A DNA stretch of 63,971 nt, the filler included. It is 13 parts of 13 records of this genome, joined end to end, with 100 filler letters (N's around TTAATTAATTAA, not from the genome) between each part and the next. Parts side by side here need not be neighbours in the genome. Positions count along the whole stretch, not along the records: positions 47,192 to 50,343 come from SRR11831585_230; positions 50,444 to 52,497 come from SRR11831585_233; positions 52,598 to 58,596 come from SRR11831585_249; positions 58,697 to 61,864 come from SRR11831585_250; 9 more parts are not named here. One strand, given 5' to 3'. Position 1 is the stretch's first letter. Each line of letters opens with the position of its first letter. Position numbers and translations under genes: made by a program. Positions 48,195 through 60,331 of this stretch are shown piece by piece. The notes beneath the pieces were generated by a model. The model did not search any database and was not told the origin of the DNA. It saw nothing but the letters and a program-made list of their open reading frames with translations.

Positions 48195-49052
48195 ATGAAA
48201 TACATTGGAGCGCACGTTAGTGCTGCTGGCGGTCTGGCAAATGCCGCAATTCGCGCCGCCGAAATCGACGCAACCGCGTTTGCCTTGTTCACCAAAAACC
48301 AACGTCAGTGGCGTGCCGCACCGCTCACGACGCAAACCATCGATGAATTCAAAGCCGCCTGTGAAAAATATCACTACACATCGGCGCAAATTCTTCCCCA
48401 CGACAGTTATCTGATTAACCTCGGACATCCGGTCACTGAAGCTCTGGAAAAATCGCGCGATGCCTTTATAGATGAAATGCAGCGTTGCGAACAGCTGGGG
48501 CTTTCTTTGCTCAACTTCCACCCTGGCAGCCATCTGATGCAGATTTCAGAAGAGGATTGCCTTGCGCGTATTGCCGAATCCATCAACATTGCGCTGGATA
48601 AAACTCAAGGTGTGACAGCGGTGATAGAAAACACCGCCGGTCAGGGCAGTAACTTAGGGTTTAAATTCGAACATCTCGCGGCGATTATCGACGGCGTGGA
48701 AGATAAATCCCGCGTCGGCGTCTGCATTGATACCTGCCATGCTTTCGCTGCCGGGTATGATTTGCGTACTCCAGCCGAATGCGAGAAAACATTCGCGGAT
48801 TTTGCCCGTACTGTCGGCTTTAAGTATCTGCGCGGGATGCACCTTAACGATGCGAAAAGCACCTTTGGCAGCCGCGTTGACCGCCATCATAGCCTCGGTG
48901 AAGGCAATATCGGTCATGATGCGTTCCGCTGGATCATGCAGGACGACCGTTTCGACGGCATTCCGCTGATCCTCGAAACCATCAACCCGGATATCTGGGC
49001 AGAAGAGATCGCCTGGCTGAAAGCGCAACAAACTGAAAAAGCGGTAGCCTGA
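48195..49052 (+). CDS. nfo: Endonuclease IV
   Basis: 285 aa, [28 protein letters not shown]. Confidence 0.99.
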
Positions 49053-49054
49053 AG

Positions 49055-50143
49055 ATGAATAACCGGGAAAAGGAGATCCTTGCAATTTTACGGCGTAACC
49101 CGCTGATTCAGCAGAACGAAATTGCGGACATGCTGCAAATCAGCCGTTCGCGCGTTGCGGCGCATATTATGGATTTAATGCGCAAAGGCCGGATTAAAGG
49201 CAAAGGTTACATTCTCACCGAGCAGGAATACTGCGTAGTGGTGGGGACAATCAATATGGATATTCGCGGGATGGCGGATATCCGTTACCCGCAATCGGCT
49301 TCTCATCCCGGTACAATTCATTGCTCAGCGGGCGGCGTGGGACGCAACATCGCCCACAATCTGGCGCTGTTAGGCCGTGACGTCCATTTGCTTTCAGTGA
49401 TTGGCGATGACTTTTATGGCGAAATGCTCCTGGAAGAAACGCGCCGTGCCGGCGTGAATGTCTCCGGCTGCGTTCGTTTGCATGGTCAAAGCACATCGAC
49501 GTATCTGGCAATTGCCAATCGAGACGATCAAACCGTGCTGGCGATTAACGATACCCATCTGCTGGAACAGTTGACACCGCAACTACTGAACGGGTCGCGC
49601 GATTTACTTCGTCATGCGGGCGTGGTACTGGCTGATTGCAACCTGACAGCCGAGGCGCTGGAATGGGTCTTTACCCTCGCTGATGAAATCCCGGTGTTTG
49701 TCGATACCGTTTCAGAATTCAAAGCGGGCAAAATCAAACACTGGCTGGCGCATATTCACACCCTGAAACCCACTTTACCGGAGCTGGAAATTTTATGGGG
49801 ACAGGCGATCACCAGCGATGCTGACCGTAATACCGCAGTGAATGCATTGCATCAGCAAGGTGTTCAGCAACTGTTTGTTTATTTGCCCGATGAGTCAGTT
49901 TATTGCAGCGAAAAGGATGGAGAACAATTTTTGCTGACCGCGCCAGCGCATACGACAGTAGACAGTTTTGGTGCTGACGATGGTTTTATGGCGGGCCTGG
50001 TATATAGCTTTCTTGAAGGATACAGTTTCCGCGACAGCGCCCGTTTTGCGGTAGCCTGCGCGGCAATTTCGCGCGCCAGCGGCAGCTTAAACAACCCTAC
50101 CCTGTCTGCCGATAACGCGCTTTCATTAGTGCCAATGGTGTAA
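49055..50143 (+). CDS. yeiI: HTH + PfkB-family sugar kinase YeiI
   Basis: 362 aa, N-terminal HTH, GGVGRNIA, DSFGADD. Confidence 0.94.
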   Translation: MNNREKEILAILRRNPLIQQNEIADMLQISRSRVAAHIMDLMRKGRIKGKGYILTEQEYCVVVGTINMDIRGMADIRYPQSASHPGTIHCSAGGVGRNIAHNLALLGRDVHLLSVIGDDFYGEMLLEETRRAGVNVSGCVRLHGQSTSTYLAIANRDDQTVLAINDTHLLEQLTPQLLNGSRDLLRHAGVVLADCNLTAEALEWVFTLADEIPVFVDTVSEFKAGKIKHWLAHIHTLKPTLPELEILWGQAITSDADRNTAVNALHQQGVQQLFVYLPDESVYCSEKDGEQFLLTAPAHTTVDSFGADDGFMAGLVYSFLEGYSFRDSARFAVACAAISRASGSLNNPTLSADNALSLVPMV

Positions 50144-50149
50144 CAATGT

Positions 50150-50242
50150 TGCCGGATGCGACGCTTAACGCGTCTTATCCGGCCTACAAATCAGGCAATT
50201 TCAGCAAGTAAATGTAGGCCTGATAAGCTTGCGCATCAGGCA
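50150..50242. repeat. REP pair (BIME)
   Basis: TGCCGGATGCGACGCTTAACGCGTCTTATCCGGCCTAC and inverted GTAGGCCTGATAAGCTTGCGCATCAGGCA. Confidence 0.93.
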
Positions 50243-50249
50243 ATGACAC

Positions 50250-50343
50250 TCAAGCTAAACCAATAAAGAACCCGGCAATGGTCGCACTCATCAAGTTGGA
50301 AAGCGTCGCCGCCGCCAGCGCCCGTAAACCAAGCTGGGCGATT
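50250..50343 (-). CDS. nupX: 3' end of CNT-family nucleoside permease NupX (YeiJ)
   Basis: Reads IAQLGLRALAAATLSNLMSATIAGFFIGLA*; convergent with yeiI. Confidence 0.85.
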
Positions 50344-50443
50344 NNNNNNNNNNNNNNNNNNNNNNNNNNNNNNNNNNNNNNNNNNNNTTAATTAATTAAN
50401 NNNNNNNNNNNNNNNNNNNNNNNNNNNNNNNNNNNNNNNNNNN
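50344..50443. other. Assembly spacer (E. coli to eukaryote junction)
   Basis: 44N-TTAATTAATTAA-44N. Confidence 0.99.
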
Positions 50444-52497
50444 CAGCGCGATCACAGGATCACTCAATGCCGCACTCAGATTGCTCAGAATAGACGCAAT
50501 TATGACAGAGAGAAGCCCAAAATTCTTGTAGCGGTCGCGGAAGGGGCGCAGAACCACCACGGCAACCAGGTAGATCAGAAGGCAGATAAAGTTCCAGATG
50601 ACCTGTCCGAGCCCGTTTAGGAAGGCGGAGCTGCCTGCAACAACCATATCCGCCTAGCACATTCAAAGTACGGGTAAGTACGTAGCCGTATGCATGTGAC
50701 GCGATCTCGAAAGCGCATGCAGCTAACTCGAGACACACAGCTGACGCGCACAACAACAGAACCGAACGTACGGACACCACCACCGCGCTGAACACAAAGA
50801 GCCGCGTTCGGAAATCTTCGCAGGCTTTCGTCCCACAGGCTTTCAGCACCGCATCTATTGTCGGTCCAAATCTTGACCGTTCTCGGAGATACATACCAGA
50901 ATCTGCACGACGCTTGCGAAGACCTGTATAATCCTGTCAGTACAAAACACATGCATACGGCCTCATACATACGTAGACACCAACAAAGCCCAAAGAGCGC
51001 GCCCACACATATATGTACACAGACACATATGCGTACTGTACGTAGAGTACGATCACATCCCCTTTGCACAGAGCGGGAAAAGATAGTACACCAAAGCCAT
51101 ACCAGTTCGAATGAGAAGCACAGGGTACAGGATCGCGGCGGCCAGAATAAGCAGGGACACCACAAACAGTGGTAGGTGCTCCGATGTAAAACATTCCTAC
51201 AAAACGAGTCACACACAGACACAGCGAGAAAACATTGACGCAGCCGCAAGTGACTACCGAGACACACAGAACACACGAGCAACACAGCAGCACCGCCAAA
51301 AGCACTTCGTTCCGCACCATTGTCATGTCGCGCACGAGCAGGTACCGCCCTGCCACGTTCTCGCAGTACACAGCCTCACACGCTCGCAGCGCGATACCGG
51401 CCAACGCAAACCCGAAAAGTGACATAGTGCCATAAACGGTATCCGTGAGCCATGTATGCCAGAATTCCGTGACGGTTGCTTTTAGCGAATCGGTGGGTAT
51501 GTTGCGACGGCGTTTCACCGCAATCGCCACACGGATAATAAGATAGATCACAATCGTGCCCACCATCACTACGCATGCAGTGCGACAATCAGACTACAGC
51601 AATCCGACGAAGATACACACAGATACGACAGTTCTTCCTGCACACTCACATCCACTTACACAACAATACATTATATGCATGCATCTCTCCTTCGTGTCAA
51701 AAAAATTACTCCAACGCAAACACACACGGGACCATATGACACAGACACAGACAAGCTCCCGGACGTACATCCCAGGTTCGCCAAGAACAATGAGTGAAAT
51801 GTCGCGATGCCGGAGCAACCCGGGTGCAAGAAATTGAAATCCCCCGCCGCCAGGGAGAACCACTGAAACACGGTGCGAATGAAGGATGGCAGCGTGTTGG
51901 ATGCCGTCAGACTCACAGACCACAGCACCCTGCACAACGTTGGTTTTGTGAGTACCGAGTACAAATGGACAGGGGAGAGGGAGACAGACAGAGGATGCGC
52001 ATACGGTGAAGTACTGTTTACAAGCGGTTCTGAATGTCGGGACGCATACATCATACATTCGCACTCATCGAACACGTATACGCACGGAAACCGCAACGCA
52101 AATGGTTCATGACAGCGCTGCGACTAGGAGGGAGGACGTACTGAACGGCGGAGAGGATGAACTCCAAGTGGCTGATGATGTTCTGGGAGGTGAAGATGGT
52201 GACAAACAGCAGCACCAGCAAGAACGAGCCCTGCACCACACCTCTCGTTAGCTAATGTGTGCAGCCCGTATGGTAACAACATGCAAACGACTATTACTTT
52301 TACTTCGCACATAATAACGAAATTGCATGCATATGACTCTCCATCACACACCCTGAGAGTGATAACACATGGGCACCAACACAAGCTACACAGCAAACAG
52401 CACCATACACACACACCGTTGTGTCAGCCCCGCGTACCTGAATCCCATACAGCATCAGAATAAACTCGGTCGGTTCGCAAGGCACACAGGGGATAGG
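50444..52497 (-). CDS. Eukaryotic spliced gene fragment: multi-pass membrane protein preceded by a Cys-containing segment (both ends missing)
   Basis: In-frame exons 52497-52438, 52230-52142, 51929-51769, 51568-51318, 51196-51103, then less certain exons down to 50444: CVPC-TM...AVYC...LLVRDMTMECFTSEHLPLF...VVVLRPFRDRYKN. Confidence 0.7.
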
Positions 52498-52597
52498 NNN
52501 NNNNNNNNNNNNNNNNNNNNNNNNNNNNNNNNNNNNNNNNNTTAATTAATTAANNNNNNNNNNNNNNNNNNNNNNNNNNNNNNNNNNNNNNNNNNNN
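52498..52597. other. Assembly spacer (eukaryote to E. coli junction)
   Basis: 44N-TTAATTAATTAA-44N. Confidence 0.99.
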
Positions 52598-53232
52598 TGT
52601 TTCGCGAAGACAACGGCGCGATTCGTATCTATGCCAGTAGTACCATCGGTAACTACATTCTGCCTGCAGTTATCGCCCGTTATCGCCATGATTATCCGCA
52701 GTTGCCGATTGAACTTAGCGTTGGGAATAGCCAGGACGTGATGCAAGCGGTGCTGGATTTCCGCGTTGATATTGGCTTTATTGAAGGACCGTGCCACAGC
52801 ACTGAAATCATTTCTGAACCGTGGCTGGAAGACGAGCTGGTGGTTTTCGCCGCGCCGACTTCGCCGTTGGCCCGTGGTCCGGTCACCTTAGAACAGCTGG
52901 CCGCTGCGCCGTGGATCCTGCGTGAACGCGGTTCCGGCACGCGGGAGATTGTCGATTATCTGTTGCTGTCACATTTACCGAAGTTTGAGATGGCGATGGA
53001 ATTAGGTAACTCCGAGGCAATCAAACATGCGGTGCGTCATGGGTTGGGAATTAGTTGCCTGTCGCGACGTGTGATTGAAGATCAATTGCAGGCAGGCACA
53101 TTAAGTGAAGTTGCGGTCCCTCTGCCGCGCCTGATGCGTACGTTGTGGCGTATACATCATCGGCAAAAACACCTTTCCAACGCGCTACGGCGCTTTCTGG
53201 ACTATTGCGATCCCGCAAATGTGCCGCGTTAA
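52598..53232 (+). CDS. yeiE: LysR-family regulator YeiE, 5'-truncated
   Basis: LRERGSGTR CysL-like substrate-binding domain; upstream of lysP. Confidence 0.93.
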
Positions 53233-53436
53233 GTTGCTGTACAAGAACATGCTGGTGCTGTGTCGATTTCGTGACGCAGCGCCTTCAGCATGCATTCGCC
53301 AGAAAAGAGATTGGCTGCTTTACTTATAATCCCTGGGCGATCATGAAGGTGTCTTATAACCGTGTATTTCTGCCGGAAGGATTGCCAATCGTCTGCTACA
53401 ATCGCGCCTCATTTTTAAGATGGATAGCATTTTTGT

Positions 53437-54906
53437 ATGGTTTCCGAAACTAAAACCACAGAAGCGCCGGGCTTACGCCGTGAATTAAAGGCGCGTCACC
53501 TGACGATGATTGCCATTGGCGGTTCCATCGGTACAGGTCTTTTTGTTGCCTCTGGCGCAACGATTTCTCAGGCAGGTCCGGGCGGGGCATTGCTCTCGTA
53601 TATGCTGATTGGCCTGATGGTTTACTTCCTGATGACCAGTCTCGGTGAACTGGCTGCATATATGCCGGTTTCCGGTTCGTTTGCCACTTACGGTCAGAAC
53701 TATGTTGAAGAAGGCTTTGGCTTCGCGCTGGGCTGGAACTACTGGTACAACTGGGCGGTGACTATCGCCGTTGACCTGGTTGCAGCTCAGCTGGTCATGA
53801 GCTGGTGGTTCCCGGATACACCGGGCTGGATCTGGAGTGCGTTGTTCCTCGGCGTTATCTTCCTGCTGAACTACATCTCAGTTCGTGGCTTTGGTGAAGC
53901 GGAATACTGGTTCTCACTGATCAAAGTCACGACAGTTATTGTCTTTATCATCGTTGGCGTGCTGATGATTATCGGTATCTTCAAAGGCGCGCAGCCTGCG
54001 GGCTGGAGCAACTGGACAATCGGCGAAGCGCCGTTTGCTGGTGGTTTTGCGGCGATGATCGGCGTAGCTATGATTGTCGGCTTCTCTTTCCAGGGAACCG
54101 AGCTGATCGGTATTGCTGCAGGCGAGTCCGAAGATCCGGCGAAAAACATTCCACGCGCGGTACGTCAGGTGTTCTGGCGAATCCTGTTGTTCTATGTGTT
54201 CGCGATCCTGATTATCAGCCTGATTATTCCGTACACCGATCCGAGCCTGCTGCGTAACGATGTTAAAGACATCAGCGTTAGTCCGTTCACCCTGGTGTTC
54301 CAGCACGCGGGTCTGCTCTCTGCGGCGGCGGTGATGAACGCAGTTATTCTGACGGCGGTGCTGTCAGCGGGTAACTCCGGTATGTATGCGTCTACTCGTA
54401 TGCTGTACACCCTGGCGTGTGACGGTAAAGCGCCGCGCATTTTCGCTAAACTGTCGCGTGGTGGCGTGCCGCGTAATGCGCTGTATGCGACGACGGTGAT
54501 TGCCGGTCTGTGCTTCCTGACCTCCATGTTTGGCAACCAGACGGTATACCTGTGGCTGCTGAACACCTCCGGGATGACGGGTTTTATCGCCTGGCTGGGG
54601 ATTGCCATTAGCCACTATCGCTTCCGTCGCGGTTACGTATTGCAGGGACACGACATTAACGATCTGCCGTACCGTTCAGGTTTCTTCCCACTGGGGCCGA
54701 TCTTCGCATTCATTCTGTGTCTGATTATCACTTTGGGCCAGAACTACGAAGCGTTCCTGAAAGATACTATTGACTGGGGCGGCGTAGCGGCAACGTATAT
54801 TGGTATCCCGCTGTTCCTGATTATTTGGTTCGGCTACAAGCTGATTAAAGGAACTCACTTCGTACGCTACAGCGAAATGAAGTTCCCGCAGAACGATAAG
54901 AAATAA
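53437..54906 (+). CDS. lysP: Lysine-specific permease
   Basis: 489 aa APC transporter, IAIGGSIGTGLF, FSFQGTE. Confidence 0.98.
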   Translation: MVSETKTTEAPGLRRELKARHLTMIAIGGSIGTGLFVASGATISQAGPGGALLSYMLIGLMVYFLMTSLGELAAYMPVSGSFATYGQNYVEEGFGFALGWNYWYNWAVTIAVDLVAAQLVMSWWFPDTPGWIWSALFLGVIFLLNYISVRGFGEAEYWFSLIKVTTVIVFIIVGVLMIIGIFKGAQPAGWSNWTIGEAPFAGGFAAMIGVAMIVGFSFQGTELIGIAAGESEDPAKNIPRAVRQVFWRILLFYVFAILIISLIIPYTDPSLLRNDVKDISVSPFTLVFQHAGLLSAAAVMNAVILTAVLSAGNSGMYASTRMLYTLACDGKAPRIFAKLSRGGVPRNALYATTVIAGLCFLTSMFGNQTVYLWLLNTSGMTGFIAWLGIAISHYRFRRGYVLQGHDINDLPYRSGFFPLGPIFAFILCLIITLGQNYEAFLKDTIDWGGVAATYIGIPLFLIIWFGYKLIKGTHFVRYSEMKFPQNDKK

Positions 54907-54925
54907 GTTTCCTCCCTTCCTTGCT

Positions 54926-54952
54926 AAGCCCTCTCAACCGAGAGGGCTTTTT
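54926..54952 (+). terminator. Rho-independent terminator of lysP
   Basis: AAGCCCTCTC-AACC-GAGAGGGC followed by T5. Confidence 0.9.
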
Positions 54953-55004
54953 CAATTCCATTTCCCTGACAAATCATGCGGATATAAAATTTAACATTTG
55001 GATT

Positions 55005-55029
55005 GATAATTGTTATCGTTTGCATTATC
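55005..55029 (+). promoter_or_regulatory. Fur box region upstream of cirA
   Basis: GATAATTGTTATCGTTTGCATTATC resembles overlapping GATAATGATAATCATTATC Fur consensus; cirA is a known Fur target. Confidence 0.85.
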
Positions 55030-55199
55030 GTTACGCCGCAATCAAAAAAGGCTGACAAATCAGAGGCTGTTCCGGCTTTCTGGGATGATCACCTGCATAA
55101 AAAATAAGTCCACCGCGATGCTGCCGTACGCAAGGGGACGTGAAGAAGATGTGAGCGATAACCCATTTTATTTTCGTAGTTACCTCATGGAGATATGGA

Positions 55200-57191
55200 A
55201 TGTTTAGGTTGAACCCTTTCGTACGGGTCGGGCTGTGTTTGTCCGCTATTTCTTGTGCATGGCCTGTGTTAGCGGTCGATGATGATGGCGAAACGATGGT
55301 TGTCACTGCATCTTCCGTGGAACAAAATCTTAAAGATGCACCTGCCAGTATCAGCGTCATTACCCAGGAAGACCTGCAGCGAAAACCGGTACAGAATCTG
55401 AAGGATGTCCTCAAAGAAGTGCCTGGCGTACAACTGACGAACGAAGGGGATAACCGTAAGGGCGTTAGTATTCGTGGTCTGGACAGCAGCTATACCCTGA
55501 TTCTCGTCGACGGTAAACGCGTGAACTCCCGCAATGCCGTCTTCCGCCACAATGATTTCGATCTGAACTGGATCCCGGTCGATTCCATCGAACGTATTGA
55601 AGTGGTCCGTGGCCCGATGTCGTCGCTGTACGGTTCCGATGCGCTCGGCGGTGTAGTGAATATCATCACCAAAAAAATCGGTCAGAAATGGTCGGGTACC
55701 GTTACCGTCGATACCACCATTCAGGAACATCGCGATCGCGGTGACACCTATAACGGTCAGTTCTTTACCAGTGGACCATTAATTGATGGTGTGCTGGGAA
55801 TGAAAGCTTACGGCAGCCTGGCAAAACGTGAAAAGGATGACCCGCAAAACTCAACGACCACCGATACCGGAGAAACGCCGCGTATTGAAGGATTCTCCAG
55901 CCGCGACGGCAATGTCGAATTTGCCTGGACACCGAATCAAAATCACGATTTTACTGCCGGATACGGTTTCGACCGTCAGGATCGTGATTCCGACTCGCTG
56001 GACAAAAACCGCCTGGAACGCCAGAACTACTCCGTCAGCCATAATGGGCGTTGGGATTACGGCACCAGCGAACTGAAATACTACGGTGAGAAAGTCGAGA
56101 ACAAAAACCCTGGCAACAGCAGCCCGATAACTTCCGAAAGCAATACGGTCGACGGCAAATACACGTTGCCGCTGACGGCGATTAATCAGTTTCTCACGGT
56201 TGGCGGTGAATGGCGTCACGACAAACTTAGCGATGCGGTGAACCTGACCGGGGGAACCAGCTCCAAAACGTCTGCCAGCCAGTACGCGCTGTTTGTGGAA
56301 GATGAATGGCGGATCTTCGAGCCGCTGGCGCTGACGACCGGCGTGCGTATGGACGATCACGAAACCTACGGTGAACACTGGAGTCCGCGTGCCTACCTGG
56401 TTTATAACGCCACCGACACCGTAACGGTGAAAGGGGGCTGGGCGACGGCATTTAAAGCACCTTCTCTGTTGCAACTTAGCCCTGACTGGACGAGCAATTC
56501 CTGCCGTGGCGCATGTAAGATTGTGGGTAGCCCGGATCTGAAACCAGAAACCAGCGAAAGTTGGGAGCTGGGGCTTTACTACATGGGTGAAGAAGGCTGG
56601 CTGGAAGGGGTTGAATCCAGCGTTACCGTTTTCCGTAACGATGTGAAAGATCGTATCAGCATCAGCCGTACGTCTGACGTCAACGCTGCACCGGGCTACC
56701 AAAACTTTGTTGGTTTTGAGACGGGCGCTAACGGACGGCGCATACCGGTATTTAGCTACTACAACGTTAACAAAGCTCGTATTCAGGGCGTGGAAACCGA
56801 ACTGAAAATTCCGTTCAACGATGAATGGAAACTGTCGATCAACTACACCTACAACGATGGTCGTGATGTCAGCAACGGCGAAAACAAACCGCTATCCGAT
56901 CTGCCGTTCCATACTGCTAACGGTACGCTGGACTGGAAACCGCTGGCGCTGGAAGACTGGTCATTCTATGTTTCTGGGCACTATACCGGGCAGAAACGCG
57001 CCGACAGCGCGACGGCTAAAACACCGGGCGGTTATACCATCTGGAATACCGGCGCGGCCTGGCAGGTGACTAAAGACGTCAAACTGCGCGCAGGCGTGCT
57101 GAACCTTGGCGACAAGGATCTCAGTCGTGACGACTACAGCTATAACGAAGACGGACGTCGTTACTTTATGGCAGTGGATTATCGCTTCTGA
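55200..57191 (+). CDS. cirA: TonB-dependent catecholate siderophore / colicin I receptor
   Basis: 663 aa, signal peptide, TonB box [24 protein letters not shown]-terminal Phe. Confidence 0.98.
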
Positions 57192-57222
57192 TGAGAAGAT
57201 GCCCGGCGAACCGGGCGGACTT

Positions 57223-58092
<870 letters not shown>

Positions 58093-58316
58093 TCATCATA
58101 CCGTTTATTCAATGTGCTGTGAGTAACTTTCACTTCCGTATTTGCATAACGATGTTTTAACATCTGCTGATGAAAGGCAGCGGCAATTACAATAATTATC
58201 GCTGTGAATACTGGATTATGTGCGCCGCCTCACGCACAATAATCAGGCTGTAAATCAGCTTAATAACTTTGCCCCCACGCAGGGCGGAGGCGTCACACCT
58301 GCAGGAGAAATCATAA

Positions 58317-58596
58317 ATGCCATCACTCAGTAAAGAAGCGGCCCTGGTTCATGAAGCGTTAGTTGCGCGAGGACTGGAAACACCGCTGCGCCCGCCCGTG
58401 CATGAAATGGATAACGAAACGCGCAAAAGCCTTATTGCTGGTCATATGACCGAAATCATGCAGCTGCTGAATCTCGACCTGGCTGATGACAGTTTGATGG
58501 AAACGCCGCATCGCATCGCTAAAATGTATGTCGATGAAATTTTCTCCGGTCTGGATTACGCCAATTTCCCGAAAATCACCCTCATTGAAAACAAAA
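58317..58596 (+). CDS. folE: GTP cyclohydrolase I, 3'-truncated
   Basis: [23 protein letters not shown]...[10 protein letters not shown]. Confidence 0.97.
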
Positions 58597-58696
58597 NNNN
58601 NNNNNNNNNNNNNNNNNNNNNNNNNNNNNNNNNNNNNNNNTTAATTAATTAANNNNNNNNNNNNNNNNNNNNNNNNNNNNNNNNNNNNNNNNNNNN
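58597..58696. other. Assembly spacer (E. coli to eukaryote junction)
   Basis: 44N-TTAATTAATTAA-44N. Confidence 0.99.
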
Positions 58697-59295
58697 AAAA
58701 AAAACACTAAGGATTGTGACAATACGAGTCACTAGAACTAGATGACGGAAATAGAACCGTCTCATATAAAATAAATAAGTACACCGAACAAAAGTGATAA
58801 GCACTCAATGATAACTTCACATACACCATGTGCAATACAAGGGAATAAACAGAAGCAAAACTGAAAACGTACAGCAAATACGAACACGAGCCAAGAAAGG
58901 GGAACAAGAGAAACTCTAACACTCGATACAGAAATTCAGTCGCAACACACACGCCTTCACACACAACCGCAGATAAGTAGCTGCTGATATACACACGCAG
59001 ACCTGCACATTGACCAGATATACAAGCTCGAAGATACCAACACATTAACAACACTATGCGCTCGACTGCTCGGCTCTGGGACTAGCACATGACTCATATT
59101 TCAATAGGAGTGCGCTCTGCTTCTGTGTGTGTGCGGACTGACAGATCTGTGATTCTCATCTGCTCTCATACAGATACACACGCATACACACACACACACC
59201 GCGTTCACACACACACATCAAACCAGCGAGTGTGTACGAAACCAGACGTACATGCTCCAGTTCGCGGCACCATGACAGCGTGTGTGCCCAGCACA

Positions 59296-59964
59296 TCATC
59301 GCATGGTGTGTAAGCGACGCGTGCTGGCAGGGACATGATACGAAGACGAGCCACTCACAGAGGACCGACGCGCATATGTGTGCGAACGCGAGCTGTCCGA
59401 GTACGAAGAGATGCTCGGCTCATCGAGAGCGCTGCCGAGATCGCTCTCGTCTTCGCTGCTGTTTTCATGTTGTTTCGAAACGGATTCGACCGCTGCCACC
59501 ACATCAGAGTCCAGGACGAACAGCGGGAAGAGCGAGTACAAAACACCCACGCAAGCGGCCCCGATCACGAGACATGCAGTGATGGGTTGTACGATGTGGA
59601 ACGGAACGCTGTGCGTGCGCGAGATGTACCAGTTGAACGCAGAGCCGCACATACAAAGAGCGGTCCAGAGTGAATGGAACATATTGGCTCCTTCGCTCAC
59701 GTATGGGCGAATTGCAAGGAGAGATAGCAGGTGCAGAGCGCATATGGTGCAGACCACTGCGTGTATCCACTGCACAGTTCTCAGGATGGAGACGATGAAA
59801 CATCCGAGCACGATGACCACGAACCATACGCTGACGAACCGATGCCCTCGCTCAAAGAAGTCCGCATGAGTCTGATTCACGATGAATAGAGAGAACAATG
59901 CGAATGTCGCCACGCCCAGATTGTACACCACCGAGGGCTGAACGTGTACTGCAAGCGCTTCCAT
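59296..59964 (-). CDS. Eukaryotic multi-pass membrane protein, about 222 aa, about 5 hydrophobic segments and an acidic/Ser-rich tail
   Basis: Uninterrupted ORF from ATG 59964 (MEALAVHVQP...); AIRPYVSEGAN motif after a TM segment; start is inferred. Confidence 0.6.
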   Translation of the reverse strand: MEALAVHVQPSVVYNLGVATFALFSLFIVNQTHADFFERGHRFVSVWFVVIVLGCFIVSILRTVQWIHAVVCTICALHLLSLLAIRPYVSEGANMFHSLWTALCMCGSAFNWYISRTHSVPFHIVQPITACLVIGAACVGVLYSLFPLFVLDSDVVAAVESVSKQHENSSEDESDLGSALDEPSISSYSDSSRSHTYARRSSVSGSSSYHVPASTRRLHTMR

Positions 59965-60331
59965 GCCGCAAAAACAAAGAAGCAAACAGCACGCGCACTC
60001 ACTCTATCCACCCAAAAGCCAAACAATTGACACCGGTGGCGCGCGTACGGAGTTTTGTTTGCACACAAGCGTGAGCCTGGCGGCGTTTGCGTCGCAGAAT
60101 CAGCGTTGTCCACGGTGTGGTTCGTTGTCAGACACCACAACCGCCTTGTGATCTGAGATCGGAAAACCCGCCTCTTGTTTTTTGAGTTTTCAAGTCTGAG
60201 GGGAACCACATCGCGTCATCACGGATTTCCCGACCGCACAAACACACGCAGGCACAGACACATTCCGTGCAGCCCGTGCAGCCGAACTGGGTTCCTTGCA
60301 GCCGCATTCTTATCAACGTGAGCGCTGCTTC

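Noticed and set aside
58707..59054. 115-aa hydrophobic minus-strand ORF
   Set aside because: TTG start, composition explained by T/G-rich UTR or intergenic sequence, no motif or convincing splice partners.
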